Below are positions 39,310 through 49,467 of a stretch of 60,257 bases of DNA, one piece after another. Under the pieces are notes generated by a model. The model was not told the DNA's origin. It did not search any database and was given only the letters and a program-made list of their open reading frames with translations. The stretch spans positions 1-60,257 of the forward strand of contig JARRRL010000023.1 of NCBI GenBank assembly GCA_037380725.1. The letters run 5' to 3'. Position 1 is the stretch's first letter. Each line of letters begins with the position of its first letter. The stretch comes from Gammaproteobacteria bacterium. GTDB taxonomy: Bacteria > Pseudomonadota > Gammaproteobacteria > Pseudomonadales > JANQJO01. The translations under genes and the position numbers were made by a program.

Positions 39310-41386
39310 TCACCTTTCCTCTTGACGGTCAAGCAGCTGACCGTCAAAGCGAAGGGTATTCGTCAGTTCAGCTTGGCGACACGTCTTCGGATTCTCAAAA
39401 GCCACGACAAACATCATGGGCGTTCGGCGCGGATCCCCATCCACCACACCGATCACACGTAAATTAATGTGAATCTCTTCATGCGCATGGCGCACACACA
39501 CATTCGTGTAAAGCACATCTTTTTTGGCCTCCGCCGCTTTGTGTAATGCCGTGGAAACCGGAATCAACAAATCATCAACCACCAAATCCTGAATATGCAT
39601 GCTGGCTTTCCCACTGGTTTTCTCAGATGGACAGGTATGCAGGAACGACCGTAGATCACCGAAACTGTGCTGCACTTGAAAATACGCATTCAACACAAGG
39701 CACGGCGGCGCATAGCAATCAACCAAACGGTTGCACACCCGCGCCAAGGTCGTCCGCCAATCGCGCATCCAGCACGTCAAAGTAACTGTGGAAATCCCCC
39801 ACACTTTCCGAAACACCTAAAAATAACAGCCCTTCCCATTTTAACGCAGCGTGCATGGAAGCCAGCACCCTTTTTTGCATCGAATGTTGAAAATAAATCA
39901 GAGTGTTTCGACACGAAATCAAATCTATACTTAGAAACGAAGGATCGGTAATCATGTTGTGCATCACAAAAATTACCATCCGACGTATGGCCGCGCTCAA
40001 GACATATCGCTTGTCTTTCCAGGTAAAGTAAGACGCCAGACGCTCCGCCGACACATCTTGCCGAATGTGTGCCGTAAACGTCGCCGCAGCGGCTACTGTT
40101 AGCGCATCCGCATCCACATCCGTGGCATAAATAGTAATGGGAACACGCTTCCCCAGGCGGCGGCACTCTTCATCCGCGATTATGGCAAACGAATACGCTT
40201 CTTCTCCTGTCGAACAACCCGCCACCCAGATGCGCACACCGGTTTCAACAGAGGCGGCTTTAATCAAAGCGCGAATTGCTCTTTTCTGCACACAACGAAA
40301 CGCCTCATCATCGCGAAAAAACCGCGTACTCCCCATTAACAACTCGTTCATCAGAATTGACAATTCGTCCGATGACTCGCGCAAACAGTGCACGTAATCG
40401 TTCAAACTGTGCAACTGCTTGATGCCCATGCGCCGCTCAATACGCCGCGCAATAGTGGTGTGTTTGTAATACGAAAAATCAATTTTTTTCTTTTTCCTCA
40501 ACAAATCAAAAATCTGAACCATGCTGTCCCGCTGATCGTCTATGGCAATCCGCAAGCCCCCATCTCCCTGACGAATCAAGGGGTGCTTAATAAACTTCTC
40601 CAGCGCAGAACCGATGTCCTCAACGGGTAAACACAAATCGACTAAGCCCGACGCCATCGCCCGATCCAGCACAAGCCCACGTGCATCGCCACGAGAGGCC
40701 TGAACAATAACCATACCGTCGGCTTCTTTTAACGCGTGCGCCCCACGCACACCATCATCGCCGACACCCGATAAAATAACCCCAATAGCCTGATGTGTTT
40801 TTTCATCTGCTAAGGTGCGAAAAAACTGATCAATCGGATAGAGTGAGCATCCAGAAGCGATGTCATTTAAATACCAACGCCCTGCTACCAGGCGCACGTT
40901 TTGGCTTGGTCGAATGAGATACACCGAATTAGCTGAGATCTCGATGCCCATTTCTACCGCTTGCACCGGCATAGCGGTGTATGTCGACAAGACTTCAACC
41001 TGTATCCGTTGACAATCCGGCGTCCCGTGTTGCACCACAACATACGCCGCCCCCATATCGGACGACAAAGACCCAAACAATTTCTGTAACAGGTCCAAAC
41101 CAGCCATCGAAACGCCTATACCAACGATGTGGCTCGGTTGCTTTCGCGCCACACCTTTATCGAGCACACTCAAACGCGTCGCGAGCGGTATCGCACTGGG
41201 GGCACCAACATCACTCGCGCACTCCGTACTCGATTCTAATTTAACCCTTTTATTTACAAGCTGTTCTCGACCCGCTGCTGCCCTATCTCCTGCTGCCCTA
41301 TCTCCGGCTGCCCTTTCCCCCACGCCGCTTTCCAAAGCGAGTGCGTCCAATCTGTCTGCCGGTGATGGTATTTCGTTTTTATTCAT
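39310..41386 (-). pseudogene. CheB-methylesterase / CheR-methyltransferase / PAS-like fusion protein, frameshifted
   Basis: ORF 39719-41386 carries a CheB-like region (VVQHGTPDCQ..., VILSGVGDDG) and CheR (RIWVAGCSTGEEAYSFAI...ATDVD...ISCRNTLIYF) and ends ...YFDVLDARLADDLG*. The usual downstream domain (YAPPCLVLNAYFQVQHSFGDLRSFL...MMFVVAFEN) continues in the +1 frame as ORF 39310-39816. Confidence 0.7.
41276..41320. repeat. tandem repeat, 3 x 15 bp, inside the cheB/cheR fusion (encodes AAGDR x3)
   Basis: tgctgccctatctcc / tgctgccctatctcc / ggctgccctttcccc. Confidence 0.95.
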
Positions 41387-41468
41387 CGTATCACCTGAAT
41401 GCTCAGAATCATCAAAGCCGCCGATAGGGTTTTATTGTTTTTTCGACAAATAAGTCAGGATTGGGTTC

Positions 41469-44162
41469 TCAATCCGTCGAAATCGTGGCGTGATTGGTTG
41501 ACGCTTCACGTGGCAGGCGCGCCGTCACCCCCTCGCCAAACCCCCACGATGAGACCGCAATTTGCGTCACCGCGTAACTGCTTAACCAATTGGCGCATTT
41601 CACCACCGATAAAGCGGGTGTCACTAAATAACCCTGAATCGCATCACATCGCATTTTCTGTAATGCACCGAAACACAATTCATGCTCTACCCCTTCAGCA
41701 ATGACGGATAGACTCAGATCATGCGCCAATTCAATAATGGATTTGCAAATGATCATTTCTTGTTGTTTTGTACCACAGCGTGACACAAACCCTTTATCAA
41801 TTTTGATCAGATCAATCGGATAACGATTCAAATAAGCGATCGAGGTATAACCCGCTCCAAAATCATCCAAGGCAACACGAACCCCCAAGGCACGTAAACG
41901 CTCTAAGGTGCCCGCCGAACGCTCAATGTTTTCCAATAAAGTGCTTTCGGTAATTTCTAAGGTGATGGCGTTCGCGGGCGTACCACTGGCCGAAATAATA
42001 TTACTACATTCTTCAACAAAGGTCGGCGATCGCATTTGAATGGGTGACACATTAATGGAAATGCCCACGCTCTTTTCCAAAATCCCGGCGTCCACCCAGT
42101 CACGCCAGGTCCGGCAAGCGCGCGTAAACGCCCACAACCCCACATTATGAATAAAACCGCTTTCTTCCAACAAAGGAATAAATTCCACGGGAGAAATTAG
42201 ACCCAAAGACGGATGCCGCCAACGCAACAAGGCTTCGATGGTGAATAAAGAACCATTTTCAACGCGCACCGTGGGCTGAAACATTAAATAGAATTGATCT
42301 TGATCCAAAGCCGATTGTAAATCCGATTTCAATTGCGTTTTACGGCTGTAGATGGAATTCAGTCGCTTCGAATACACTTGGTAATTATTGCGTCCGGAAT
42401 CTTTGGCGTGATACAGCGCCAAATCCGCCTGTTTCATGATTTGATCCAAGGTTTTGCTGGACCCCGATACCGCCACCGCAATCCCAATACTGGCTGAAAC
42501 ATAAACATGCTGATCAACCAACGCAAACGCAGTGGACATGGCTTGAATGAGTTTATCGGCCACGCGACACACATCGTCTTGTTTGCCGTTTAGTCGCAGC
42601 AACACCACAAACTCATCTCCCCCCAGACGCGCCACCGCATCGGCTTCTCGCAACGAGCGCTTCAAGCGTAAGGCCACTTCTTTGAGCAGCAAATCACCCC
42701 GATCGTGACCCAGTGTATCGTTAATTTGTTTAAATCCATCTAAATCGATGTACAACAACGCAAAATCACTGAACCCGCGACGCGATCGGAGCAAACTTTG
42801 CGCCTGATCCATAAAATACCGTCGATTCATTAACCCCGTCAGCGTATCGGTTTCCGACATTTTGCGAAGGCTGTTTTCCAAACGCAGCTGATCCGTAATG
42901 TCCGTAAACGTCGCAATGAAACCATCCACTCCCGCACCCGCGTCATACAACGCTTTGGCGCGACATTTCACCCAGGTGACCACCCCCAAGGGCGAACACA
43001 GACGATAACGCCCTTCATAGGTATCCCCTTGCGACAAACGATAACGAATTTGCTCCAGCACATTACTGGTTTCTTCTCGGTGAATCACATCAATCCAATG
43101 TATGCCATAGAATTCTTCCGGTTGCATGCCGGTAAAATCACACAGCTGATCATTGACATAAATGCAGTTCCACTGATTATCCACTTGCATGATGCCCACC
43201 GGCGCTAATCGCGTCAGCACGCCAAACTGTTCACCCGTGAAATTATTGGCGTCACGCGACACCGTAAAACTACGCACCGGGGCGAATTGCAAGGTATAAC
43301 ACGAGCGCCCGCCAATGTTGATGTCATGGACGCGAATGCGTAAAGTCGTATCCGGCAAATCCACACCCCGAATGTTCACCGTAATCTGTTTACGCAGCGC
43401 ATCGCTGTGCTCAACAACGTCTTTTAATATTTTCGCCAACGAACGATACACACTGCGATCCAGCACCTCGCACAGTGGTTTACCCACAGCCAGACGGTCT
43501 TTAATGCGCAACATCAGATGCAAAGCCGCATTACAGAATAAGACGCTCTCATCCCGATCCACGACCAAAATACCTTCAAACGCACTGTCAAAAATACGAC
43601 GCACCCACAGAGCGTGATTCTCAAAAAACGTGGTGATGGCTAAACTCGTCCGTATGGTTGGCGTCATCATACGACCAAAACTATTGCTCAACGGCTTTAA
43701 TCGCGTGATCAAAGCATCGAGTTGGCGCATCGAGTCGTCATCCACAACCACGAGGATGGCGACCGCGCTTCCTTCTTGCGACGAAACCGGAAATGAATAC
43801 ACCACGCTGTCAGCACGTATTGTACTGGATGAACATTCAGCAAGCAGTTTTACATGAGAATCTTGCCAGATCGTCGCCGTCTCCGGCAATTCAAGCCAAC
43901 GAGTGAAATTCACAAAACCTTCACGCAACAAAGGCAAAAGCGCTTCATTTTCCCGAACCCAGCCCGCCACACAACGCCAACCCAGAGGCTGTTCTTCCTC
44001 GATAAATAACACCCCCGAGCGCGCCTCACACAAGCTCACGACCCCTCGGATAAAACACTCGCAAAAACGGATAATAGGAACATCTGGATTTTGAATGATC
44101 AAATTGTGCAATTCATTCACAGTTTGACGCAAAGCGTGATCATGTCGACGATTTTTATCCAT
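41469..44162 (-). CDS. multi-sensor (GAF/PAS-like) GGDEF-EAL protein with intact signatures
   Basis: RLGGDEFVVLL (GGDEF), EALLRW, EITEST, ALDDFGAGYTS, IKIDKGF, IAEGVE, QGYLVTP. Two PAS-like blocks upstream. Start at MDKNRR (44162); the ORF extends to 44249. Confidence 0.85.
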   Translation of the reverse strand: MDKNRRHDHALRQTVNELHNLIIQNPDVPIIRFCECFIRGVVSLCEARSGVLFIEEEQPLGWRCVAGWVRENEALLPLLREGFVNFTRWLELPETATIWQDSHVKLLAECSSSTIRADSVVYSFPVSSQEGSAVAILVVVDDDSMRQLDALITRLKPLSNSFGRMMTPTIRTSLAITTFFENHALWVRRIFDSAFEGILVVDRDESVLFCNAALHLMLRIKDRLAVGKPLCEVLDRSVYRSLAKILKDVVEHSDALRKQITVNIRGVDLPDTTLRIRVHDINIGGRSCYTLQFAPVRSFTVSRDANNFTGEQFGVLTRLAPVGIMQVDNQWNCIYVNDQLCDFTGMQPEEFYGIHWIDVIHREETSNVLEQIRYRLSQGDTYEGRYRLCSPLGVVTWVKCRAKALYDAGAGVDGFIATFTDITDQLRLENSLRKMSETDTLTGLMNRRYFMDQAQSLLRSRRGFSDFALLYIDLDGFKQINDTLGHDRGDLLLKEVALRLKRSLREADAVARLGGDEFVVLLRLNGKQDDVCRVADKLIQAMSTAFALVDQHVYVSASIGIAVAVSGSSKTLDQIMKQADLALYHAKDSGRNNYQVYSKRLNSIYSRKTQLKSDLQSALDQDQFYLMFQPTVRVENGSLFTIEALLRWRHPSLGLISPVEFIPLLEESGFIHNVGLWAFTRACRTWRDWVDAGILEKSVGISINVSPIQMRSPTFVEECSNIISASGTPANAITLEITESTLLENIERSAGTLERLRALGVRVALDDFGAGYTSIAYLNRYPIDLIKIDKGFVSRCGTKQQEMIICKSIIELAHDLSLSVIAEGVEHELCFGALQKMRCDAIQGYLVTPALSVVKCANWLSSYAVTQIAVSSWGFGEGVTARLPREASTNHATISTD

Positions 44163-44433
44163 GAATTCGCTCACGATAGTCACAATAACTCGTATTTCAC
44201 ACGGCCAGCTCGTCTTAGCGCCGGTCTCTCCCAGGGGCTGGCGTCTCAATGTTAATCATACCAACATATAGCCTAATTTCATATTTTAAATATTTTTTAA
44301 TAGAAAACAGCGAACGAGACTGTGCAACGTCATACACAATTGTTATCGTACGACAACCGTTTTCTCGCGCTTGAGCTTACAACCCCAAGGGCTAACCTGA
44401 CATCAAGCCCGACAGCAGTGAAGGAGTCCGCCC

Positions 44434-45264
44434 GTGTCGCAGCAAACAGATGTTCACAATCACAGCAAGCCCCCCACACACCAGCAACCCTCTTCCCGTT
44501 CGGATCAACCCTGGCTGAATCACCCCGCTTATTTAAAGTGGCTGCGTGATTTTTTCCGGGCATTATTCGACTTCGAATTTCACGAATCCGTAACGGTAAG
44601 AATGCTTCCCTTGGTCTACACCATCGGTATTTTCGCCAGTGCTGTCTTTGCCCTATACGCCATTGTCAATGCGTTTTTAACTTCCTTCTGGCATGGCTTG
44701 GGTTTTTTGTTTGTGCTGGGACCGCTGGCATTTTTATTTTGTATTACTGCATTACGCAGCACATTGGAATTTTTTTCAGCCGTCTTCCGGATTCAACAAG
44801 TCATGCAGCAATTGCTGAGCACCGTCAAAGGGTTACACTCCGAGCTGGCTCGTATTCACAACGATATGGAACACGTGGCTGAAGGGGTGGACAATGTGGC
44901 CAAGCAAACGAGCAACATCACCCATTCGGTCAACGAAGTCAAAGCCGTTCTGGAAGCATTCTCAGGCATAACCAATCGAATCCCTTTCTTTCGCAAACCG
45001 AAGAAAATCAATCGACAAAAACAATGGGCTGAAGCGCCGTTGCCACAACCCTTTAACGTAACGGATGTACAGGACGGTGTAGCGCCACCGGATTCAGGCA
45101 CGCATTTCGATCAGGCGCGGCAGGCTGATCCAACGCACAACACGCAGCAAACCCACAGCAATACGCCAAGCAATACGACTCAGAGCGATGCGCCGTCGCC
45201 TCAAAACACCTCTGAGCGCGCCGTAGATCAGGCAGACACACGCTCACTGGATACAATCTCGTGA
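44434..45264 (+). CDS. membrane protein with DUF4282-like N-terminal domain and coiled-coil/Q-rich tail
   Basis: GTG start with GAAGGAG 7 nt upstream. LFDFEFHESVTVRMLPLVYTIGIFASAVFALYAI...LGPLAFLFCITALRSTLEFFSAVFRI. Confidence 0.55.
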   Translation: MSQQTDVHNHSKPPTHQQPSSRSDQPWLNHPAYLKWLRDFFRALFDFEFHESVTVRMLPLVYTIGIFASAVFALYAIVNAFLTSFWHGLGFLFVLGPLAFLFCITALRSTLEFFSAVFRIQQVMQQLLSTVKGLHSELARIHNDMEHVAEGVDNVAKQTSNITHSVNEVKAVLEAFSGITNRIPFFRKPKKINRQKQWAEAPLPQPFNVTDVQDGVAPPDSGTHFDQARQADPTHNTQQTHSNTPSNTTQSDAPSPQNTSERAVDQADTRSLDTIS

Positions 45265-45380
45265 CTCGACACACGACACTGCTCCCCTTATCATGACTCA
45301 GCGGTCGCACTGCCCATCAGCGCAACGATCAACAGCACAACGATTCAGTAACACTGCATACGAACATCAAAAGGAAAATA

Positions 45381-46097
45381 ATGAAAAAGAACACGGTGAG
45401 CAACCCATCAACGATATCGCCGAACGCGATCAAAACCATGTTGAGTTTACAAGAACAGATCAACCAACGTATTGCTCCAAACTGGCGCGACAAGCAGAAC
45501 CCGTGGTATCGGGCGATTTGGACAGAATGCGCCGAGTTAATGGAACACCACGGCTGGAAATGGTGGAAACAGCAGACGAAAAATCAAGCACAAATCTGCT
45601 TGGAACTGGTGGATATTTGGCATTTTGGACTCAGCGACCTGCTGCAAGCCGAACCCGACATCCATGCCTGCACAGAGACCATCCTTTCTACGCTATCCGA
45701 CCTGCCTGCCCCAAGCTCAACAGAACACGCACCATCATCCGATTTATTTTTACGACAAATCGAGCGATTGGCTGCTCATTGCTTGAGCACTCAGCGCTTT
45801 GACCTGGTGTCGTTTTTTGAAACTATGGCGCACGCGCAACTGACCTTTGACTCCCTCTTTGAACAATACGTCGGGAAAAATGTTTTGAATCGCTTTCGTC
45901 AAGACCACGGCTATCAAGAAGGGACCTATCAAAAACAATGGGGCAAATACGAAGACAACGAACACCTGGCAGAGCTGTTTCAACAGCTCGATTTCAGCGC
46001 TGACGACCTGAATGAACAACTGTACCGACAACTACAAACTCGCTACAGCATGCACACGGACGCCGCGCTGAATCACGCGTCAAAAGTCGCGCCGTAA
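45381..46097 (+). CDS. all-alpha dimeric dUTPase-family (dUTPase_2 / MazG-like NTP-PPase) protein
   Basis: WYRAIWTECAELMEHHGWKWWK...ELVDIWHFGLSDLL resembles the dimeric dUTPase motifs. Confidence 0.65.
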   Translation: MKKNTVSNPSTISPNAIKTMLSLQEQINQRIAPNWRDKQNPWYRAIWTECAELMEHHGWKWWKQQTKNQAQICLELVDIWHFGLSDLLQAEPDIHACTETILSTLSDLPAPSSTEHAPSSDLFLRQIERLAAHCLSTQRFDLVSFFETMAHAQLTFDSLFEQYVGKNVLNRFRQDHGYQEGTYQKQWGKYEDNEHLAELFQQLDFSADDLNEQLYRQLQTRYSMHTDAALNHASKVAP

Positions 46098-48287
46098 AAA
46101 GGTAAACCGATCACCTTCCATCAAGACAACAACCCGCTGACGCGTCCAATCAATATCCCACACTTGCAACACACACCACATCTGATCGGGCGCACTGTGT
46201 GGTGTGCGTAAGGTATACTGCACACCATCATATTCAACCACCACCACCGGCAAGGCCAATCGCTTCGCCATCAATGCAAACGCTTCTTGCGACGATGTCG
46301 CCTGACGATGATAGGGGTTTTCTGATAACAAGCGATTCGATACATCGCGAATTGGCTCTTCCACCCCTTTAACAAACTGCAACTGACCCATACGATTTTG
46401 GCTAAGAATACGCATTTTCCGCGCACAACGAGCCAAAGCCCCGCGTAAAGCCGGCAAAACACCCCCTACCGCAGTCTCACACAAGGCAGATAAATTCGCC
46501 GGTGGCATCAACTCCAGCGCCGTCAGCCACAAACACCGACGATACGCTTCACCGTCATCATCCTGAAGCGCATACTGATGATATTCCAGCAACATCTGAG
46601 CAATAAACTGTTGATCATCTTCGTCGCCAATTTCCTCATCACGAGCGGCCAACCATTGACCAAATCGCTCCTGAAACGCCTCGCGTCGAACGGCCACCAA
46701 ATCTTCATGAGTGAGCGCTTTTTCTGCTCCGCGAAGCTGCGATTCTGATTCATCCTCCTGCAGCTCATCTTTCGAATCAGCATGCTCGGCGCTGTCCAGT
46801 GACTTTTTGCTTTGACTTTTCCCCACACCCTTAGTGTTTTCTTTTTCTTTGGGCTTTTCTACGATCAATCCGCGTCGATCCATGGTGGGTATGGGCGCAA
46901 CACCACCAAAAAACCCCCCACCAAACCCCACAAACGCCAGCGATCCCATGAATCCCTGCTGCCCGGCAAATTGTGAAAGCCCTTGAAGGTTATTTTGAAA
47001 CTGCTCGATCGCCGTTAAATGCTCTTGAACGCGCTCTTGCTGCGCAAGTTCCTCACGTTCAGCCAAATAGCTCTCAACGCTGTCATCCCGTCGAGCACGA
47101 GCATCCGCCGCTGCTTCATCTTGTGATTCAATCTGCTCGCGCTGTGATTCAATCTGCTCGCGAAGATCGGCACCGGTCTGTCCGGACACGCCCACATGGC
47201 TTTTTTTACTTTTCTGCTCTACATTACCCGCCTTCTCCTCACTGTCTTCAGGCGCGACATATTCACCACGCGAGCGACCTTGTCCCGAATCACCGCTACT
47301 ACCACCTCCAAAACTGTTCTCACCGATGTAGTCATCGCCATCTTCCAACAGCATTTCGCCATCAGCGCCACCCTCTTCCGACAGCTCATCCTCTGCTTCT
47401 ATCTCTTCCAACCGTTGATCGTGTTCCAGTGCCTGTTCCTGCTCAATCTCAATTTCGCGCTCTTCAAAACGTTCGTTTTCATGTTGATCCCACGAAGAAT
47501 TCGGGTCACCGGTACCAGCGTCATTGGCAGGTATTGCCTCCTGTCCAGATTCCTGTAAGTCAATGTGCCCTCGAGAACGACCCTGTCCCGCGTCACTATC
47601 CATGGTCGAGTGTTCACGATTCAGTGCATATTCCACAACGGTATCGCCATCGAGCGCTTCTTCCAAGAGTGACTCAGACTGGTTGTCAATACTTTCTAAA
47701 AAATCACTGTCTTCATCCGCATCGCCCTCATCCAGCGCCTCGTCACGGGCAAGCACTCGCTCCGCCTCCAATTCCTCCTGACGTTCTTCGTGACGATTGT
47801 CCTCCGCATCGTCATACCAATCGTGCTGATCGTCATCATCGTCGTGTAAAAAAGCCAGCACATCGAACTCTTCGGCCATCCGATCCAATTCGTCCTGGTC
47901 TGTCATGTCCGGCTCGAAATCTTGCTCAGAGGCACCAGCCTCATCGAAACCCGCTTCGTTGGACGCATGGTTCGATCCATTGTTGTTATTCTGGATCTCG
48001 ATACCCGTCTCTTCATTCCGTGCCGACCAGTAATCCAGTAAACGCTCTTGGCCACTCGAACTGGTGCTATTACCACCCGATTCGCCACTCTGCCCGCCCC
48101 CAAAGTCCGTGTTCGCACCGCCGTCCGCACCACCTTCTGATCCGTCTTCATCACCACGAATCAATTCTTCTTCAAACAGTTCAGCTTCATTTAATTCTTC
48201 AAACGTGTCACCAAACTCAGCCTGTTCGTTGACCACTGAAGTTTCGCCCGCTTGCTTCGCTGCATTATCGATGATCTTTAAGTCCAT
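46080..48287 (-). CDS. very acidic 735-aa protein with disordered N-terminal two-thirds and a non-repetitive C-terminal domain; unknown function
   Basis: A D/E-rich stretch of about 480 aa, then a G/F-rich hydrophobic patch (FMGSLAFVGFGGGFFGGVAPIP), then an ordered-looking region of about 230 aa. Overlaps the convergent dUTPase gene by 18 nt. Confidence 0.6.
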   Translation of the reverse strand: MDLKIIDNAAKQAGETSVVNEQAEFGDTFEELNEAELFEEELIRGDEDGSEGGADGGANTDFGGGQSGESGGNSTSSSGQERLLDYWSARNEETGIEIQNNNNGSNHASNEAGFDEAGASEQDFEPDMTDQDELDRMAEEFDVLAFLHDDDDDQHDWYDDAEDNRHEERQEELEAERVLARDEALDEGDADEDSDFLESIDNQSESLLEEALDGDTVVEYALNREHSTMDSDAGQGRSRGHIDLQESGQEAIPANDAGTGDPNSSWDQHENERFEEREIEIEQEQALEHDQRLEEIEAEDELSEEGGADGEMLLEDGDDYIGENSFGGGSSGDSGQGRSRGEYVAPEDSEEKAGNVEQKSKKSHVGVSGQTGADLREQIESQREQIESQDEAAADARARRDDSVESYLAEREELAQQERVQEHLTAIEQFQNNLQGLSQFAGQQGFMGSLAFVGFGGGFFGGVAPIPTMDRRGLIVEKPKEKENTKGVGKSQSKKSLDSAEHADSKDELQEDESESQLRGAEKALTHEDLVAVRREAFQERFGQWLAARDEEIGDEDDQQFIAQMLLEYHQYALQDDDGEAYRRCLWLTALELMPPANLSALCETAVGGVLPALRGALARCARKMRILSQNRMGQLQFVKGVEEPIRDVSNRLLSENPYHRQATSSQEAFALMAKRLALPVVVVEYDGVQYTLRTPHSAPDQMWCVLQVWDIDWTRQRVVVLMEGDRFTFLRRDF
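47122..47163. repeat. tandem repeat, 2 x 21 bp, inside the acidic protein gene (encodes REQIESQ x2)
   Basis: tgtgattcaatctgctcgcgc / tgtgattcaatctgctcgcga. Confidence 0.95.
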
Positions 48288-49361
48288 GAGATAGCTCGCT
48301 CATTGCAAAGAAAACATATGCTCTAATATCAATTCATCTAAATTCTCATCTATATTTAAACTGCTTACTCATCAAACGATTATCATAAACTGAGGTATCA
48401 TGAACGACAGTGTCTCCCTGGGATCACAGTGTGATCACGCTGTGATCATACATAGCAAAACGATAACGCAGTCAGTAAGCTCAGCCAAGCTCCCTTAAAA
48501 CTAATCGTAATTCACATTTATTTTTTGAACGATTCGACTACTCTATTTACAACATCTACTTACACTCGACTCGCCTTTAAAGCGTATTTCAAGTGCTCTC
48601 CCAACACACACAACTCCCAACATAACCGAAACAGGGAACATAAACATCACTTTAAGTAGCAATTTTTCCTGTGATTCTGTTAACAAAGCGATATAGAATG
48701 CCTTCCACTTGCTATGATCCTATTCAAGGGCCGCGCGTACAGTTACACACCGGCACAAAATTGCTACCACATAACACACTCCGACATCCGTCGCACTCAT
48801 CATGCATCACAGTTGAGATTTGCACATGTCTGAACAATAATTCGCTCCAACACCATGTTAACCGGATTGTTCGTTGGATGGTGTACATACGCGTATTCAT
48901 GAACCAACAGCGAACTTTAATGGACGCCAATAATGCAGATCAATCGATTCTGTGAGGGTTTACTCAACTTTCTCCAGGCATCACCGACCCCTTTTCATGC
49001 AACACAAACCATGGCGCTAGCCCTCAAACAAGCTGGCTTCGAGTACTTAGATGAGCACGCCGACTGGAGACGCCTCAGTCGCGGGGATTACTTCACGACG
49101 CGTAACGATGCTTCCATCATCGCTTTTCGTCTTGGAGAACCCCACCAAAACGGCAGCGACGCCTACGCGCCCAATCGATCACCACATCGTTCACAACTGG
49201 GTTTCAATATGATCGGCGCTCATACAGATAGCCCCGGATTAAAGGTAAAACCCAATCCCGATCTGTGTCGCAGTGGTTACTGGCAGTGGGGCGTCGAAGT
49301 GTACGGCGGTGCCCTCATGCACCCGTGGTTTGATCGAGATTTATCCGTCGCCGGGCGCGTT

Positions 49362-49467
49362 CACTATTCGTGGACTGCACCGCCCCGGACAGTCCATATG
49401 GGCTATCGTTGGCAATGCGGATCGCGTCCTCGTCGTCCTCATAGCCCATAAACAACACCACACACGC
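49362..49467 (-). pseudogene. aldehyde dehydrogenase gene fragment embedded antisense at the apeB break
   Basis: Minus-strand translation [38 protein letters not shown] matches the conserved ALDH C-terminal region (pattern ...DEAIxxANDxxYGLxxxVxSxDxERAxR). Confidence 0.6.

Noticed and set aside
46973-48232. 419-aa plus-strand ORF (P/H/R/S-rich).
   Set aside because: It is the complement of the D/E-rich 735-aa gene. The minus-strand ORF is longer and ends in a normal-complexity domain.
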